A stretch of DNA of 64,000 nt from Utricularia gibba (GCA_002189035.1 NEEC01000004.1:3720001-3784000), one strand, 5' to 3'; counted from the first letter of the stretch, positions 15,205-28,742 are shown. Made by a program: numbers and translations. The notes: generated by a model not told the origin, from the letters alone.

Positions 15205-16145
15205 ATGAGCGAAGAGCCGCCAAAGCTTTTCACCAACAAGCCCAAGAAACGTCCGATTTCTACTTTCCTGAATCAATCATTCTCTGGGGCCATTGAATTT
15301 GTATCGCGATTCGTGTTTTGATTCTGTGTTTCTTTTGGGTAATGTTCGACAGCGAAGAGGTCGGTTCCGGCGTCTGTGTCTGCGACAACCTCGTCATCTG
15401 GAGCTGCTGCACCTCCTCCTCCTCCTCCTCCTACGACGCATCGTGTGCCACAACCTCCTTTGAAGGAGCCGTTCATTAAGCGCTATAGGTTCCTCTGGCC
15501 GCTTCTATTGGTAGTCAACTTTGGAATTGGAGGTTGTTAACTTGTTTACGCTTTCATTTTGAGCAATTTAAATCTAGGCGTTGGAATCGGAGGGAATCTA
15601 AATCTACAAATTGGCTTCTTGGGTGTGGGCATTTTGAGCAAAATCAGTGGGATAGCATGATTTTGATTTCGTGGGGATGTTGGTCCCTTTCTTGTTCAGC
15701 ATTTGCCTTTGGAGGATTTCTATCTTGATTTGTGTTGCTTGTTCCTCTTTCAGATGTGGTTAAACTCGTCATCTTGAACTCTTACTCACCCTGAGCTTAT
15801 TATGAGGAACAAACCATTATTGCAGGTTATGTTTTACTAAGAACTACAATGAACGATAGGAAGAGCAAAGCCGAAAAAGAGAGCACCAAGATAGAAGCCA
15901 GCTCTGCTTCAGCCTCAACGCCGGCTCCCGATGTCCCAACGGCTGCGCCAGTGGTAGCCACTACCGTACTGGAGCCCAGAGTGCAAGCATGGATTGATGA
16001 GGATGATCAGAGAGAGCTCTTCAAGTGGATGCTGGAAGAGAAAAGGAAAGTGAAACCGCGAGATTCCGATGAGAAAACCCGCATCGATGAGGAGAAAGCC
16101 ATTCTCAAGCAGTTCATCCGAGCTAAGTCCATACCAAATATTTGA
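15205..16145 (+). CDS. Uncharacterised single-pass membrane protein (At1g55160-like), 3 exons
   Basis: MSEEPPKLFTNKPKK/...PPPPPPP...FIKRYRFLWPLLLVVNFGIG/GYVLLRT...QRELFKWMLEEKRKVKP...IDEEKAILKQFIRAKSIPNI with GT-AG introns. Sits next to RH20 as the Arabidopsis pair does. Confidence 0.85.
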
Positions 16146-17420
16146 TTTTCAAAAATCTAAACATAGTGGTGGTTGAATTCTTTTGCCTTGTTGGGGCAGT
16201 CTTGATGATCCGAAAGACGACTGATTAGCGCACGCAGCCCACCTTGTTGTATCATTTGGGAATAAGGATTCTGTCTAGGTTGATAGAACGGGATCAGACT
16301 TCCACAAAAGTTGCCCTTTTGGTGGTTTTGGAGGCTCTTCTTCTTATGTCGTGCTTGGATATCAAGAGGTATCCAAGCACAAAGGTAGCCTTGCAGTTGA
16401 TACTACATGGAATCTGATAAATGAAAATTTTGAAATCATTACAAAATATTAAATTTTTATATTAAATAAATTTATAAAATTTGAATACACATTAATCTAC
16501 AAATACCAAGAAAATGTATAATTCTTTGAGATCTAACTCAAAGAGCTGATGATTGTGTGTACTAATTCCTGTATTTCTAGTGTTAAATATAATTTTTAGT
16601 CTTAGTTAACATTATCATTGATTCAAAAGCAATTATGGAAATAAAAGTAAAGAAATAAGATTGTTTAAACTCTACTCTTATAATACAAATAAGATGTTTG
16701 AGGGTTTCAAAGGTAATATGTTTAATCAAATTCTGGTCCTAGTCCTTGTGATAAGTTAACTAATAAAAGATTATCTGAATTTATCCAAGCCCTTTCCTTA
16801 ATTTTTTGAGTTTTCTAAGTATCCTCAATTATCATATACTCATATGTGCCCATCTTTCAAAATATATAGGACTAAATTTACCTATTTCTCTTGATCTCTA
16901 TCTGAAAATCTTACCTATTAATTCTAACACCAACCTTTTGCTCTATTTCTAAGTTAGGTTTTTGAGTTAGATGTATTATTATTATTATTTTCATTTTGAA
17001 TCTATCAAGGTTTGGTAAAAAAAAAAAAAAACATACAAGCTTTCAATCAAATTGAGCCTAAACTATGTAAGCATATTCTCTCTTTCTCTCCAAGATATCA
17101 CTTCTAAATTAGCTAATCATGCTAGAAATAAGTGAAACAACTTCATAAAAACAATAGTAAGAACATTTCCATGGTTTAAAGAAATAGATATTAATGTTAT
17201 CATCCAAGGAAACATGCCATGAGGAACAAGTATTAATGTTGTTATCCATACCTCATCTTTGGATATTTGAGGAGATCAAGATAGAAATTCTGATTCTAAT
17301 GTAAAATATTATAGAAGGAAATCACACTCAGCATTGAGTTAAAGAATGATCTAGTTTATTACAAACAACCCCATCTATCTAGAGACTCAATCTATCCTCA
17401 TTAGAAGAGGCTTGTCAATT

Positions 17421-18878
17421 ATACATGAGGCATACCACAAAGGGGTCCATATGATGATGCAAAGAATTCAACAAGATTTTTAGAAAGAATTAGCTACAAA
17501 TGTGCAGGATTGGATGGGGAAATGACTTGTCTATCAAAGAAACAACTACAAAAAATTAAAATTAAGAGAGCTACTTCAATCTCTTCCCATTCTAAAACGA
17601 ATCCCATTTGAAATTTCCATGGAATTTGTAGGACTTCCTGCTACAATTGATGGTGATTCTGCAAGTGCACAAAAACCGTCGAAGTAATAAAATAAGATCG
17701 TATCCACAGGAAATTGTTATTGAAATTTTCTTTTCAAACAAAGACTCAAAAAAACCGAAAAGAAAAGAAAGATTTGGTTTTAAAAACAAGAAAAAAAGTG
17801 GTATTGGACTTGGAATCCATCTTGCTCAAAACTCGCCCAAACTTGTGTGTGTAAACCTTGAAAATTGACTTGCTTGCACAAGTTATGTGGGTGTTATTCT
17901 AAAATAGTGCTACTCGGTAACTGTTATAGCACCGTACCTAGTTTAGTAGGATTATGGAATCAACCACGCCATCAGAGTCATTTCACCTCTTGTGATAACC
18001 CATGTTTTCCCCACACCCAAATCTAACCCCTACACCTCACACCTCGCAGACAAATTAAACAAAATGTGTTTTTCCAACGATGCCCAATTGAGCCCTTCTC
18101 CTTAGGTGCTTGAGGCCAACCTTTGATTCTCCTACACTCCCTTAGGGTTATATAGTACTAAAGATCACGTTGGTAAAGAAAACGTTACGAAAAACAGGAT
18201 CAAAACTCAATTTAAATGTCGAAAAACATAGTAAAACAGTCGCACATGCAGGACTTGCGCAAGCAAGACTTCACTGCAGATCCTCAGCCGCAAACGCCTA
18301 CACACGCAGACTTGAGTCCAACATGAAAATAGACACGAAAATAGGAAAAGTACAAAGGAAAAGTGGTCAAAGACGTCTCTAATGGTTGAGAGGGTGGGGT
18401 ATTTATAGGAAAGTAGATCCAATTCTTCGTATTGAGCTTATTCGATGGCCTTGGATAAGATCATCTATCCAAATCTTTTATCCAAATCTTCGAAAATCTT
18501 TTTCATATCTCTATCTTATCCACGAATCTTGGACCAAATCTTCATCATTTGATCGAGTCTTGGGCTGAGATTCGTGGCCCATCAAGTCCATAATTTGGTG
18601 GGTCTTGATTTCTTATCAAATTGATCCAAAAGTACCCTAAAAATTCACAAAATACACTTTCTCTCCAAAAAGATCAAAATAGTGTGAAAAATGCAAAATC
18701 AATTGAGAATAATGAGAAAATGAAGTCTAAGATAATTAAAAACAACACTCAAAAGTAGTGTAAGAACATGTTTTGGAACGACACAAAATCACTTATCAAC
18801 AACAAAATGAAAAATAACTATCTTCCAAGTAGTAGATGGGCTATCTAAATATGTATATTTCTTATTTCTTTCGCACCT
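17421..18878 (+). mobile_element. Degenerate Ty3/gypsy integrase fragment split by a solo LTR
   Basis: IHEAYHKGVH...QQDF*...K*LVYQRN (zinc-binding relic) and PFEISMEFVGLP lie left of the LTR; IFQVVDGLSKYVYFLFLSH lies right of it, matching the ISMDF..GLP...IFVVVDRLSKYAHF core. Confidence 0.7.
17648..18798 (-). mobile_element. Athila-like gypsy solo LTR (1151 bp)
   Basis: On the minus strand it starts TGATAAGTG and ends ...GTGCACTTGCAGAATCACCATCA, contains CCTGTGGATACGATC and a CCTATAAATAC TATA box. Near-TSD ACAAT (17643-17647) / ACAAC (18799-18803). Confidence 0.75.
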
Positions 18879-20746
18879 AATATAGTTTTATCAATAAAAA
18901 TTCTTATATAAAACAAGGTACTCAAAACTGTATTCTAAATATTTTAAACTATTTATAGTGAAAAGAAAAATTGAAAATTAGTTTATGAACCAGAATTTAT
19001 AAATGAGGTGGATTTACATCCAATATTGCATGATTCATATTTCAAAATCTTGTGAAGATGTCAAACCTCCTACCTTGCAATGATACCATGGAAGTGGCAT
19101 TGAAGGTGCAAGCATTCTTAGAAATAATATACTCATGGCATGACATGGAAGTTATTATCCATTGGAAAAGATACTCTTATATAGGGAGAAATATAATAAT
19201 TTTTTTAAAAATCCTGTCACATTAATTATACAAGAAGTCCCACGGGGGACTTGTCAAAAGAAACAATTACAATACTGCACATCAATGTAGCATCATTGGA
19301 TCAGAAATCTTCCAAGAGATCTTCTTTCGTAATCTAATTTTTAGAGCTTGATTTCTCATTGTGAGTAGCATGGCCAATGTGTGAGTATGTTCTGTAATTT
19401 CTTGAATTTCTTCATATTTTTGTAATGTTTTCAACCTGTGGTTTTTTTCTTTTGGGGTTTCCACGTAACCTTTGTTCTGTTTGCCTTTCACCTCAAAAAA
19501 AAAAAAAAAACACACATTACATAATTCACATATAAGGCAAGATAGTAATCTAGTGTTCATGATTTTATGAAAAAAGTTTATGCAAATCAACCAAAATCTT
19601 CTCACGAAAGCTAACAAATTTAAAGTTAGAAATTCCAACAAAGCATGTGGGAATGTCATGTATAACTATGAAATGACCAATCAATCAAATCAAGGAACAC
19701 ATCAGGGCATAAAATTTCATACCATGGAAAACATCTAATATTGTGTATTCTAGAAGCACAAATACCCAGCTATGTCGTAGGTACTTATGCTCTTGTAAAG
19801 GATGATGGATAAAACTCATCTTGGAGCGAACCCTAGTAGCTTTTGTGTTCTAGAACAATTTTGTGTGCTTCTAAACTCGAGCCATAGCTTGAAGGAAGCA
19901 CAACCCTTCTGGGTTTAATTTCATAGAGAATTTGTCCAAGAAAAAAGCTCATCTAAATTACCAAGGACCTATTACTCGTAGTTGCAATCTGAGTTCCTTA
20001 TTGCAGAGAAAGAGATCAAAATACAGAAATTTATTCTGCTTTCATTCATAAAACAGTCTCCCTTCTTACAAGGCCATCAACATACTTTTACTAACACACA
20101 AGACCTGCAGTTCTTAACCTTGGCCATATCAGTTTATTACATTAATCCTATTCAAATGTAACTACTTGATAGCTGCAGCAGTTGCTGATCACCCGCCTCC
20201 TTTTGACAACATCTTCACCCATATTGATCAGCATCCATGTTGATTTCTCCAGCTTACTTCATCATCCAGCATTCCTCACACTTTCATGAGTTGAAACTGT
20301 GGGATGCACACTAGCTAATAGGATTTCCCCAACCATAGTAATAGATCCTGTGTAAGCTATACTCATGCTTCGTGCATGCTTAGACCCCGCGAACACATTG
20401 TGTTGAAGTAATAGCTCTTCAATGCTTAGCTCTCGTGTTGTCTCGTTCCTTCGTGTTGGCGAAGAGCAATTCTTTGTATTTGTGGTATGGTATATATAAA
20501 TCCTTAGCAAGGCATCTCAAAACACTAGAACATGAAGCATACTAACACGAGATTCTTGGTGTGCGGAGCATGCCTTCCACCATTTCGAGATTTTGACCAT
20601 GCCCCTGTCCAAGTTTCGTTTTTTGTAGTTGTTTCTAAGCAACAGTTTTGTTCAAGTCTTATTTTTGCAGCAACATAAGCATAGCCGTTCAACAAAAAGT
20701 TGGTATCCTCGTACCAAGCGCGAAAGGATTTATGGGGCACTGCTGA

Positions 20747-22162
20747 TTACCTTCCATGAGATATCTTCAGGGCTTGAGAGTACTTGATTAATTCATCATG
20801 AACATCATCATGTTCCGGCACAGGGTCTCTGCACAGATGACTTTCAGTGCTCGGGTGTATGGAGTTGAGACTTCTGAATACCACCAAACCATCATCCAAG
20901 GAATCCGATCCCTTGACACCAGAAGAAGGGATCCGTGAAGTCGCCAAGGTGAGTCCCTCTTCAACTCCAGGTCTAATGTCTTTGTGAGTTTGAAGCTGGT
21001 TATGCTTTCCTCTCCATATCTTGACCACCTTTGAAAGTACCTTTGCTCTTGGTGAAGTATCTGACTTCGTATCAAAATCTGGCTCTTTTGAAAGTTTTGG
21101 TGACTTGGGGCTGGATAGTGTGCTTAGTTCCTTTGTGGGGGTTCTGCCAGGAGACTCCTGATGCATAAGCTGATGGCGGTAACAAGCATTCACCCAACGC
21201 AGGTACACCAGCTCTTCCAGGTCACTGTATTTCTCTTCTTCCAGCTTCTCCATTTCTTGCCGTAGACATTCCGTTTCTCGCTCGAGCTCCTTGACCTGCG
21301 GCGACACTAGGATCAATGGCCGGAAAGCCGAGACTTATGGGAGAATTAAAATCAGTTACCTTTCCATTGTTCAGAGCAGAGGTGGCATGTTTCTGCAGCT
21401 TTTCAAATTTGAGAGTCAAGTCAGAGTTCTCCATCCTCAGATTCTCATTGACTTTCCTCATCTCCTCCAGCTCCTTCACTCGAAGCTCTAGTTTCCAGTC
21501 TTGGAGATTGAGGACTTGGTCCCTCTTCTGCTGCGAATTGGACCTAAGCTTCTTCTTCAACCTGGCAATCTCTGCTTCTAAGTCCATCACCATTTTTGCG
21601 TAGTCACCAACCTTGGATTTCAACTTCATGTTCTCGTCCTGTACAGATTGGAGAAGTTCCTCTTCCTGCTTTCTCTGTTCATCAATCTCACATATATCGC
21701 TCTTGCTTGCCTCAGTTTCAGGAACAGGGAATGGGTCGGAGCAATACCCCTCAGCAACCTCCTGCTTTCGCTGTTCATCAATCTCACATCTATCGCTCTT
21801 GCTTGCCTCAGTGTCAGGAACAGAGCATGGATCCGAGCAATACCCCTCCGCAACACACTCAGACTCTACCCCCTCCTCCAGCCGATGATCATCAGTCTCG
21901 AGCTTCGTGACTCCGGCGTCATGGCCGTCTGCAGATCACCATCGGAAGCTAAGAGCTTGAAAGGGGACCATGCAGACAACACAAGAGGGGAGTAGAGAAG
22001 CTAACCAGAAGCAGGGGAAGAAGTAAGCAGCTCCTCTTCGAGTTCAGATGCCTTGATCCTCTTACTCCGGGAGAAGGTGAAAACAATCCCTCCGACGGAA
22101 ACAGCCAAAGCAACTCCCAAGGTCAAAGCTTGTGCGCATACTTTCGTCTCCTTGGTCTCCAT
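20747..22162 (-). CDS. CHUP1-N-terminus-like coiled-coil protein (At1g52080-like), 3 coding exons
   Basis: N-terminal hydrophobic anchor ALTLGVALAVSVGGIVFTF, coiled coils, and EELVYLRWVNACYRHQL motif. Two short GT-AG introns (about 21.9-22.0 kb and 21.3 kb). The 3' end is less certain. Confidence 0.8.
21665..21855. repeat. 96-bp in-frame tandem duplication (2 copies) inside exon 2 of the CHUP1-like gene
   Basis: CCTGCTTTC...GCAAC units start at 21665 and 21761 and encode two 32-aa copies of VAEGYCSDP(C/F)(S/P)VP(D/E)TEASKSD(R/I)CEIDEQRKQE. Confidence 0.95.
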
Positions 22163-23318
22163 CGCCGAAGACGAACGAACATAAGCAACCCAAAGGGTAT
22201 TTTGCTGCTCAGAAAGTGTAGAACAAATAGAATAGACTGAAACTGGTTATTCCAATCCGAGCAGCTAGAGGAAGAAGATATACCTGTCATTAAATGCCAC
22301 GCTGGTCAACTGCCTTCTTTCTTCTCCCCCTGATTTGAAATCAATACCACCATCACGTAACTGTCAATTCATTTCCCGTCGACAGTTCTAAACCCGGTCC
22401 AGAGAACCATGGAGATGGCTCCCTCGTCTTTCTGCATATTGCACAAGATCTGAGCCCGGGAATGGCATCGGCGGCGCAGCTCAAGAAGCGCATATGAACC
22501 ACCATGGGGGAGCTTATTACATACATTTTCATATAATTTTTAAATAATGTTTTATAAATATGGTAAACCCCAATACTTGCTCCCCTCTGTAGACTGAAAA
22601 GAGAATATTACGAAAATGAAATACGATATTATTACTATTTTAAATTATCGAAAACTGGGAAAAGCGGTTCCGCGGTTACGTAGACACTCTGTGGGTCGAA
22701 ATTTGTCCAGACAAAAAGGATCTTTTTTGTCCTATTTATAATACATTTATTTTTAATACTTGCAAGATATTATAACTATCGCGAACTAGAATCAGGGGGC
22801 GGCCCCCGGGAAACCCCCCTCCTCTTCTCTCTCTTTCTGTGGAGGCTCCAACTGAATTCAATATTCAGGGGCAACCTCCTCTCCTGTCTGTGGGTGCATG
22901 ACGTGGCGTCAGCCCATCGTTTTTAATATTGTTTTTCCAAAATTTCTCAAAATCCTATGTATTCATTACAATAATTTGTAAGGAAAAAATAATATAAAAT
23001 ATACATTAATGTATATAATTGTTGGACTATTTCAATAATTAATTATGAATATATATACTTTTAGTACATTGGATTACCAAACCTATAATTTCTTATTTTT
23101 GTGTTTTAGTGTTCATTTTCCGCCTACAATAATAGGTATTATATTTGCGTACAGCAAAAATAGGTGCCCTATTGTACTGCCCACGTCATCGGTGCACTTT
23201 AGTGCTTATCCGTGGTTTGGTGACCTTTTTGGGACACGTCACCCACTCCCAAGTACTACTAAACACAACCCCAACCCAAGCCTCCTCTCCCATTTAGCAG
23301 TGAGTGAAAATTTTTGAC

Positions 23319-23885
23319 ATGGATCTGGAGTTCCCGGCAGCAGCAGATTCTTGGTTTCAAGATCATCGAGGTTTCGCCAACAATGTCTTTGCAGACGGCG
23401 GAAAATGTAGCAGCGCCTCCTCCGCCTCTTCAATCGGAGAGAACTCATCCGACGACGACGACGACGCGTCTTCCTCGCCCATTTCCGGTGGGCCGCTGTC
23501 CGACTTTTCGGATATCCTGAGGCACCTTCCCATCAAGTACGGTAACAGCTTAATCTCAAGTCTCAACTGTTGCTTGCGGTATAAGGGAGTCTCTCCAACT
23601 CTCATCCTCTGATCTGATCTGATCTGCAGAAGAGGGCTCTCCAGATGCTACGATGGGAAGTCGGACTCCTTCGCTTCGCTCTCCAGGGTCCTCACCGTGG
23701 GGGACCTCGCGAAGAAGGTGGTTCACCGCGTACAAACAAGGAAGGGGCGCCTCAAGTCCTCCTCCACTCTTCATCAAGTCATTGCAAGAAAGAAAGTAAC
23801 CGGGAGGTGTTCCTGTTTCTCCTCCTTGGCGAAGCAACGCCGCCCCAAATGCATCACCGCCACGACTTGGAATCTTGATAAATAA
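23319..23885 (+). CDS. OXIDATIVE STRESS 3 (OXS3)-like protein, 2 exons
   Basis: Acidic/Ser-rich N-terminus, GGPLSDFSDILRHLPIK/RGLSRCYDGKSDSFASLS..V.DLAK motif; intron 23537-23629. Confidence 0.88.
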
Positions 23886-25729
23886 AAAGACAAATTTTCA
23901 CAAAGTTCCGAGATTTACCATCATCGTTCACTGTTTAACTAAATACACTTTTAATCAAAACACACAAAACCGATTTCTGAAATGAGTAATATACAACAAT
24001 GTCTACTTGAATTATAATCCGTTGGAATTTTGGTGGACATAAATGGATGAAAGGTAAGCTGTAGATGGGGATGAGAAATTATTGAATGATGTACCAAATG
24101 GCACCTTCATCTTCAATTCCACAGCAAGTTTGGAGGCTTATGTAGCTTTTCCCTTGGATAGATTTAGAAGCAAATGAATAGATGGATGATGAGGTAAAAA
24201 CCCGGCATCCATGTTTATGTTTATGTTTTGTATTTTGCATTGTGTTTGGATCATGTGTTTTGTTGTATTTGGAAAGTGTTGGAGTGTGATGTCCCAATTG
24301 AAGGAAGAAAAGGAATTTTGATTGAAAAAATTTCGATGAAGATTGTGGGAACAAAACAAGCATCAACCGATTGAGTGCAGACAACAATTTAGGATTTGTA
24401 GTTGTAGGTTCAAGTCAAACCAAATTATTGCTTGAAACTCAATAGAGTAAGAAGCCCAAGCTTAAGACAAAACTTCTAGAAGCTACCTCATCTCAATTTA
24501 AAGTCTTACGTAATCTGGATTTTACATGATCAGGACAAAATCTACGGCAACTCAAACCAAGACCAACGGACCTATTTGTATCTATAAATGTTCGTTGAAC
24601 ATTTTGTATCAAAAAAAGGACTTGATATATTCCACAACAAGTTTTACAATTCTTTTCATAATTCCACGCATGTTTCATACTCAACACAATTAACGCTCAA
24701 CTTCTTACATAAAGCACTTCATTATAAAAAGTAATGTTTCAGCATTTTCAATATTATAGGGTATTTTTTTAGGTTTTTGGATTATAATTTGAAAATAGAA
24801 AAATTATGTTTTTTTGTCATGAAATCAATCAGACCATCTTAATTCGTGATTCATACCAAAAATCTGTTTTGCATTTTGCTTGAAAGTAAAACGGTTATGA
24901 AATTTTGTTAGTAAAATAAAGAATTGTTTATGATAAAAATGAAAATAAGTTGTAAGCTTGATGGTTTTAGTGATTTTTTATAAATAAAGTATGCAAAATT
25001 CTTTCAAATATAATAATAATATGATTTCACTTACATTATTTGTATTCATAACTCGTTTGGTAGGATATAAAATATTATTTTTTATTAATAATACATTATT
25101 AGTCATATTTTTAATAAATATTACTATTTGATATCATATATTAGATATTTATATAATTTTTATTTAAGTATTCATTCACATTAAAACGTAAATTCATATA
25201 TGATGTGAGTTTAATAATTTTATGATGATAAATTTATATATTATTCGTTGTAGTTTTTTTCTAAAAATTTATCTTCAATCTATTATTAACATTATAATGC
25301 TATTTATATAAATTTATTTATTAAAATTTCTATTAAAAATTTGATTAATAATAATTTATTGAATAACATTTTGTATAAACATATTCATATTTTTAAAAAT
25401 TACTGATTTTTATATAATTTATTTCTATAATTACCAAAAGAGGGTCCGCTGATTTTTGTCTCATCTCCAAGGAGAATGAGTGGCTACTAGCGGCCGAAGA
25501 GGACGCCAAGTAATTAGTAGGAAACCAGCCAACCATTTGATTTCACCTGGATTTCGTGGATAATTCTACGCAATTCTTCACCCAGCATCCCGCTCCTGCC
25601 TCATGTCTATCGGTAACCCACTTCAATAATGCTGATTTGCGTCACCCCAGCAATTCTTCTGTGAATTTGTGTTTTGAGAATTGGAAATGAGGGATTAGTT
25701 GAATGAGCTCATATTTTTAATGATCAATA

Positions 25730-28700
25730 ATGCTGCTACTTAGCTCACCAACCATATGTTGCTCCTGTCATTCAAAGGTGGGTTTTTTTTTTTTTTTTCT
25801 TTTCTTGTTTACATTCTGTTTTGATGGGTTTCTGTGATAGTTGCACAATCAGTCTTGGACCACTTAAATCACATTTTCGTGCAGGCCTCTCCCTATTCAT
25901 GGAGTTGGAGGATTGAGATTCTTTCTTCGTAATTCAAGAGCTTCATGGTTGTCCTACTCGGAGTATAATGGGAGCAATAAGCGATTTGTCTCAATCTGCT
26001 TTGGTAAAACCGTGCCATTGCATGAAACTGGGCTACATAACTGAGACAGTCATCTCCTACACAATTCCAACTTGCTGTTATTGATGATTCTCCCTTTTCA
26101 GAAACAAGCAAAAGCATGTTAGTGGATAATTATTCTGTTATGGAATCTGCTGGATCTTTTGATTGTGTTTCGATAGATCCCTCTCCAATCTCTGATTCTG
26201 TAAAGGCAGATTCGCTTTCAATGGCACGAGATTATTTGAATGAAAAGCTTCAATGTATCTCCTTTTCTTTGAAAACGACTGTTGGAGATGGAAGCAACGC
26301 CGTGGATAATAATATCATGCATGATATCGTCCTTTTTTTAATAAATCAACCGAATCAGCTGGATATCATGGATGATATCGAGCAGGGTGGAAAAGCCATG
26401 GTATCTTTTTACGGTTACGCTAAGCAACTCCTGCCTCAAGAATTCCAAGATGTGTTCAGATCATCTGAAGAAACTGTTGAGAAAGTGCTGTACCCTCTAT
26501 GCATTTTTTGTTGCATCCTGAATAGTATGATGTGTTTGATACAAGCCTTGGCATGAGAAACTCATTACTTCATGAGCAGATCTTCTAATATTCTCATTCA
26601 GCTCCAGAAATTAAAAAAAAACACCCTGTTGTTCTAAGCTTGGGCTAAAAACCATTTTATCACCCTAAGGTGTATGTGGCTCTGGAAGGGATTGGACGTA
26701 GTCTTGGACTGGATCCTAAGGATCCACTAATTCACTTCATCCTTTTCTTCGGACTGTCAGCAGCTCTATGGTAGAAGTTTTCTTATTCAATGCATTTTTC
26801 ATTGGCTTTTTTTCTTATGGATTTCATTTCAGTATCACAGAGGGAATATTGAATGTTGGACATATATTTCTCTCCAGCTTTGATATGATAAAGTTTACAC
26901 TTCTCATTAGATTTTTGGAGGGGAGCTTATAGAGTCTTAGTATACGGTGGATACTCAGGAGATTTGTCGCCTCAGTCAGTTTTGGAGCTCTTGCAAGGAA
27001 ATAAAAATGCTGTGCTTGTTGACATTCGCTCTGAGGCAAGACATTAATTCTAGTTTCAAAAGTTAGAAACGCCCTGAACTTTTTTAGTGCTTAGCTATGC
27101 TTAATGCTTCCCGTTTTGCAAGTTCACTTTTGACTAATTTTAACTTCATGAAATTCCTCTAGCTCTATTTGCAAGACCTCATGTTTCTTCTTATCACATG
27201 AAGGAACTTAGAGAGAGAGATGGCATCCCTGATCTTAGTAGGAAAGCTCGTGGTCGATATGCCAGTGTTACACAACTAGAGGTCTTTGTCAAGCAGTTCA
27301 GCTTTACTTTCCCTTGATTCAGTAGTACTCTGATGGGATGGTAAATGCATTTCCCAACTTTAGTAACAATCTTAATATCAATAAAAAATTGCAGGTTGAT
27401 GACTCTGTTAGAAGGCTGTTAAGGGGTGGCAGGGAGGTTGAGGATATCTTACTCCCTGCAATCATTCGCAATCTAAAAATAGCTGATGTATGTGTGTGCT
27501 TCTGTTGATAGACGCACAAGCCTATCAAGGGTAACAACTCAAGTTGCTATGCCAATTTATTTATCTTCAGGACAGTTAAAATGTATTAGTTCTGGACTCA
27601 GATGGAAGCCGTTCAAAGGTAGTTGCAAGGTCATTGAGAAGGCTTGGAACTAAGGTAACTTATGGTGGAAGTTAAAAACAGTCATCTGCGAGTTTCAAGA
27701 GGCTCAACGTAACACCTGTCCGAAAGTTCACTTCTAGTTCCGTCCCTTAATTTCAACAGTTTTTAACAACACCGACCACCCGTTGTGCCAGAAAACTTAT
27801 TTGGGTCTTGGGTAGAAGGGGCGGTTTCGTATCAAAGTGCCGAAGTCCGAGACACTTTTTCAGTGCTCAATGATGTAGAATTACCCTCACCACCTGAGGT
27901 TTCTGGGAATGAATCTGGCTACTAGTTATAAAAGAAACGTCACCTACAGGAAACCGAAGCCATCATTGAAGAAATTAAAACCAACACCTTTAAAGGTTGC
28001 TGGTTAGGGGCTGGTAAGGCTCTCTGTTGTTTCTCATGAAATGGGAGTAACTTTCACGGCTCCTGTTGGCGTATTTAACTAACAAAGCGAGATGTTATGT
28101 TCCACAGGTTGCTCCCACTGCTGCATTCTCACTCCTAGGTGACTTTCTGCTTTAAAATAAGACTCTCCTTCTCTCTCAAAGGAAAGAAGGCTCATGTGGT
28201 TGTTCTGTAAAAAGCTGCATTGTCCTTGTCCACTGCCAATCTGTCGAACCTGTTCAAAGGAGCAAGCACCTCACAGGGTTCATCATGTGCGCTTCTCCTA
28301 GCCTAAAAAAGTCTGGTGTTCTTGCAGAGTAGGAGAAGACATTGCAGTTAGCTCTCCAACACAAATGGAGCATGTGTACATTTGAAACGGCTGCTTTCTT
28401 TCTTACTACATCCATCACCTACGTCTGTGGTAACTGGTATCCCTTCCCAGAGCATTTTCAGGCGAGTGGCTTCTTACGAGGATGCCGAAGATTTGAAGCA
28501 GGATCTCAGGTTTCATTCACAACAGTTTTTGCATCTTCAAAAACATTCCTTGGCCTTACAGACTGCTGCTGGCTTCTGTGGAACTGGCGGTTGAGGCGGT
28601 TACTGGACTACCCACGCCTGGATCAGAAAGCGGGGCGCCTAATGGACTACCGACGCCGCCCCCGCCGTCATCTGATGTGCAGAGCCGGGTGCTACAAGCT

Positions 28701-28742
28701 GCTGCAAAGCAGCATCAGTCTCAACCAGTCTTCCAGTCATGA
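25730..28742 (+). pseudogene. Rhodanese-domain / calcium-sensing-receptor-like chloroplast protein (At3g59780-like) pseudogene
   Basis: Recognisable exons (YGYAKQLLP, LGLDPKDPLI, YGGYSGDLSP, VDIRSE, RDGIPDL, RVASYEDAEDLKQDLR, SSDVQSRVLQAAAK) but with in-frame TAA 27577-27579, TAG 28005-28007, TAG 28330-28332, a deletion plus frameshift near 27815, and apparently missing splice donors. Confidence 0.8.
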
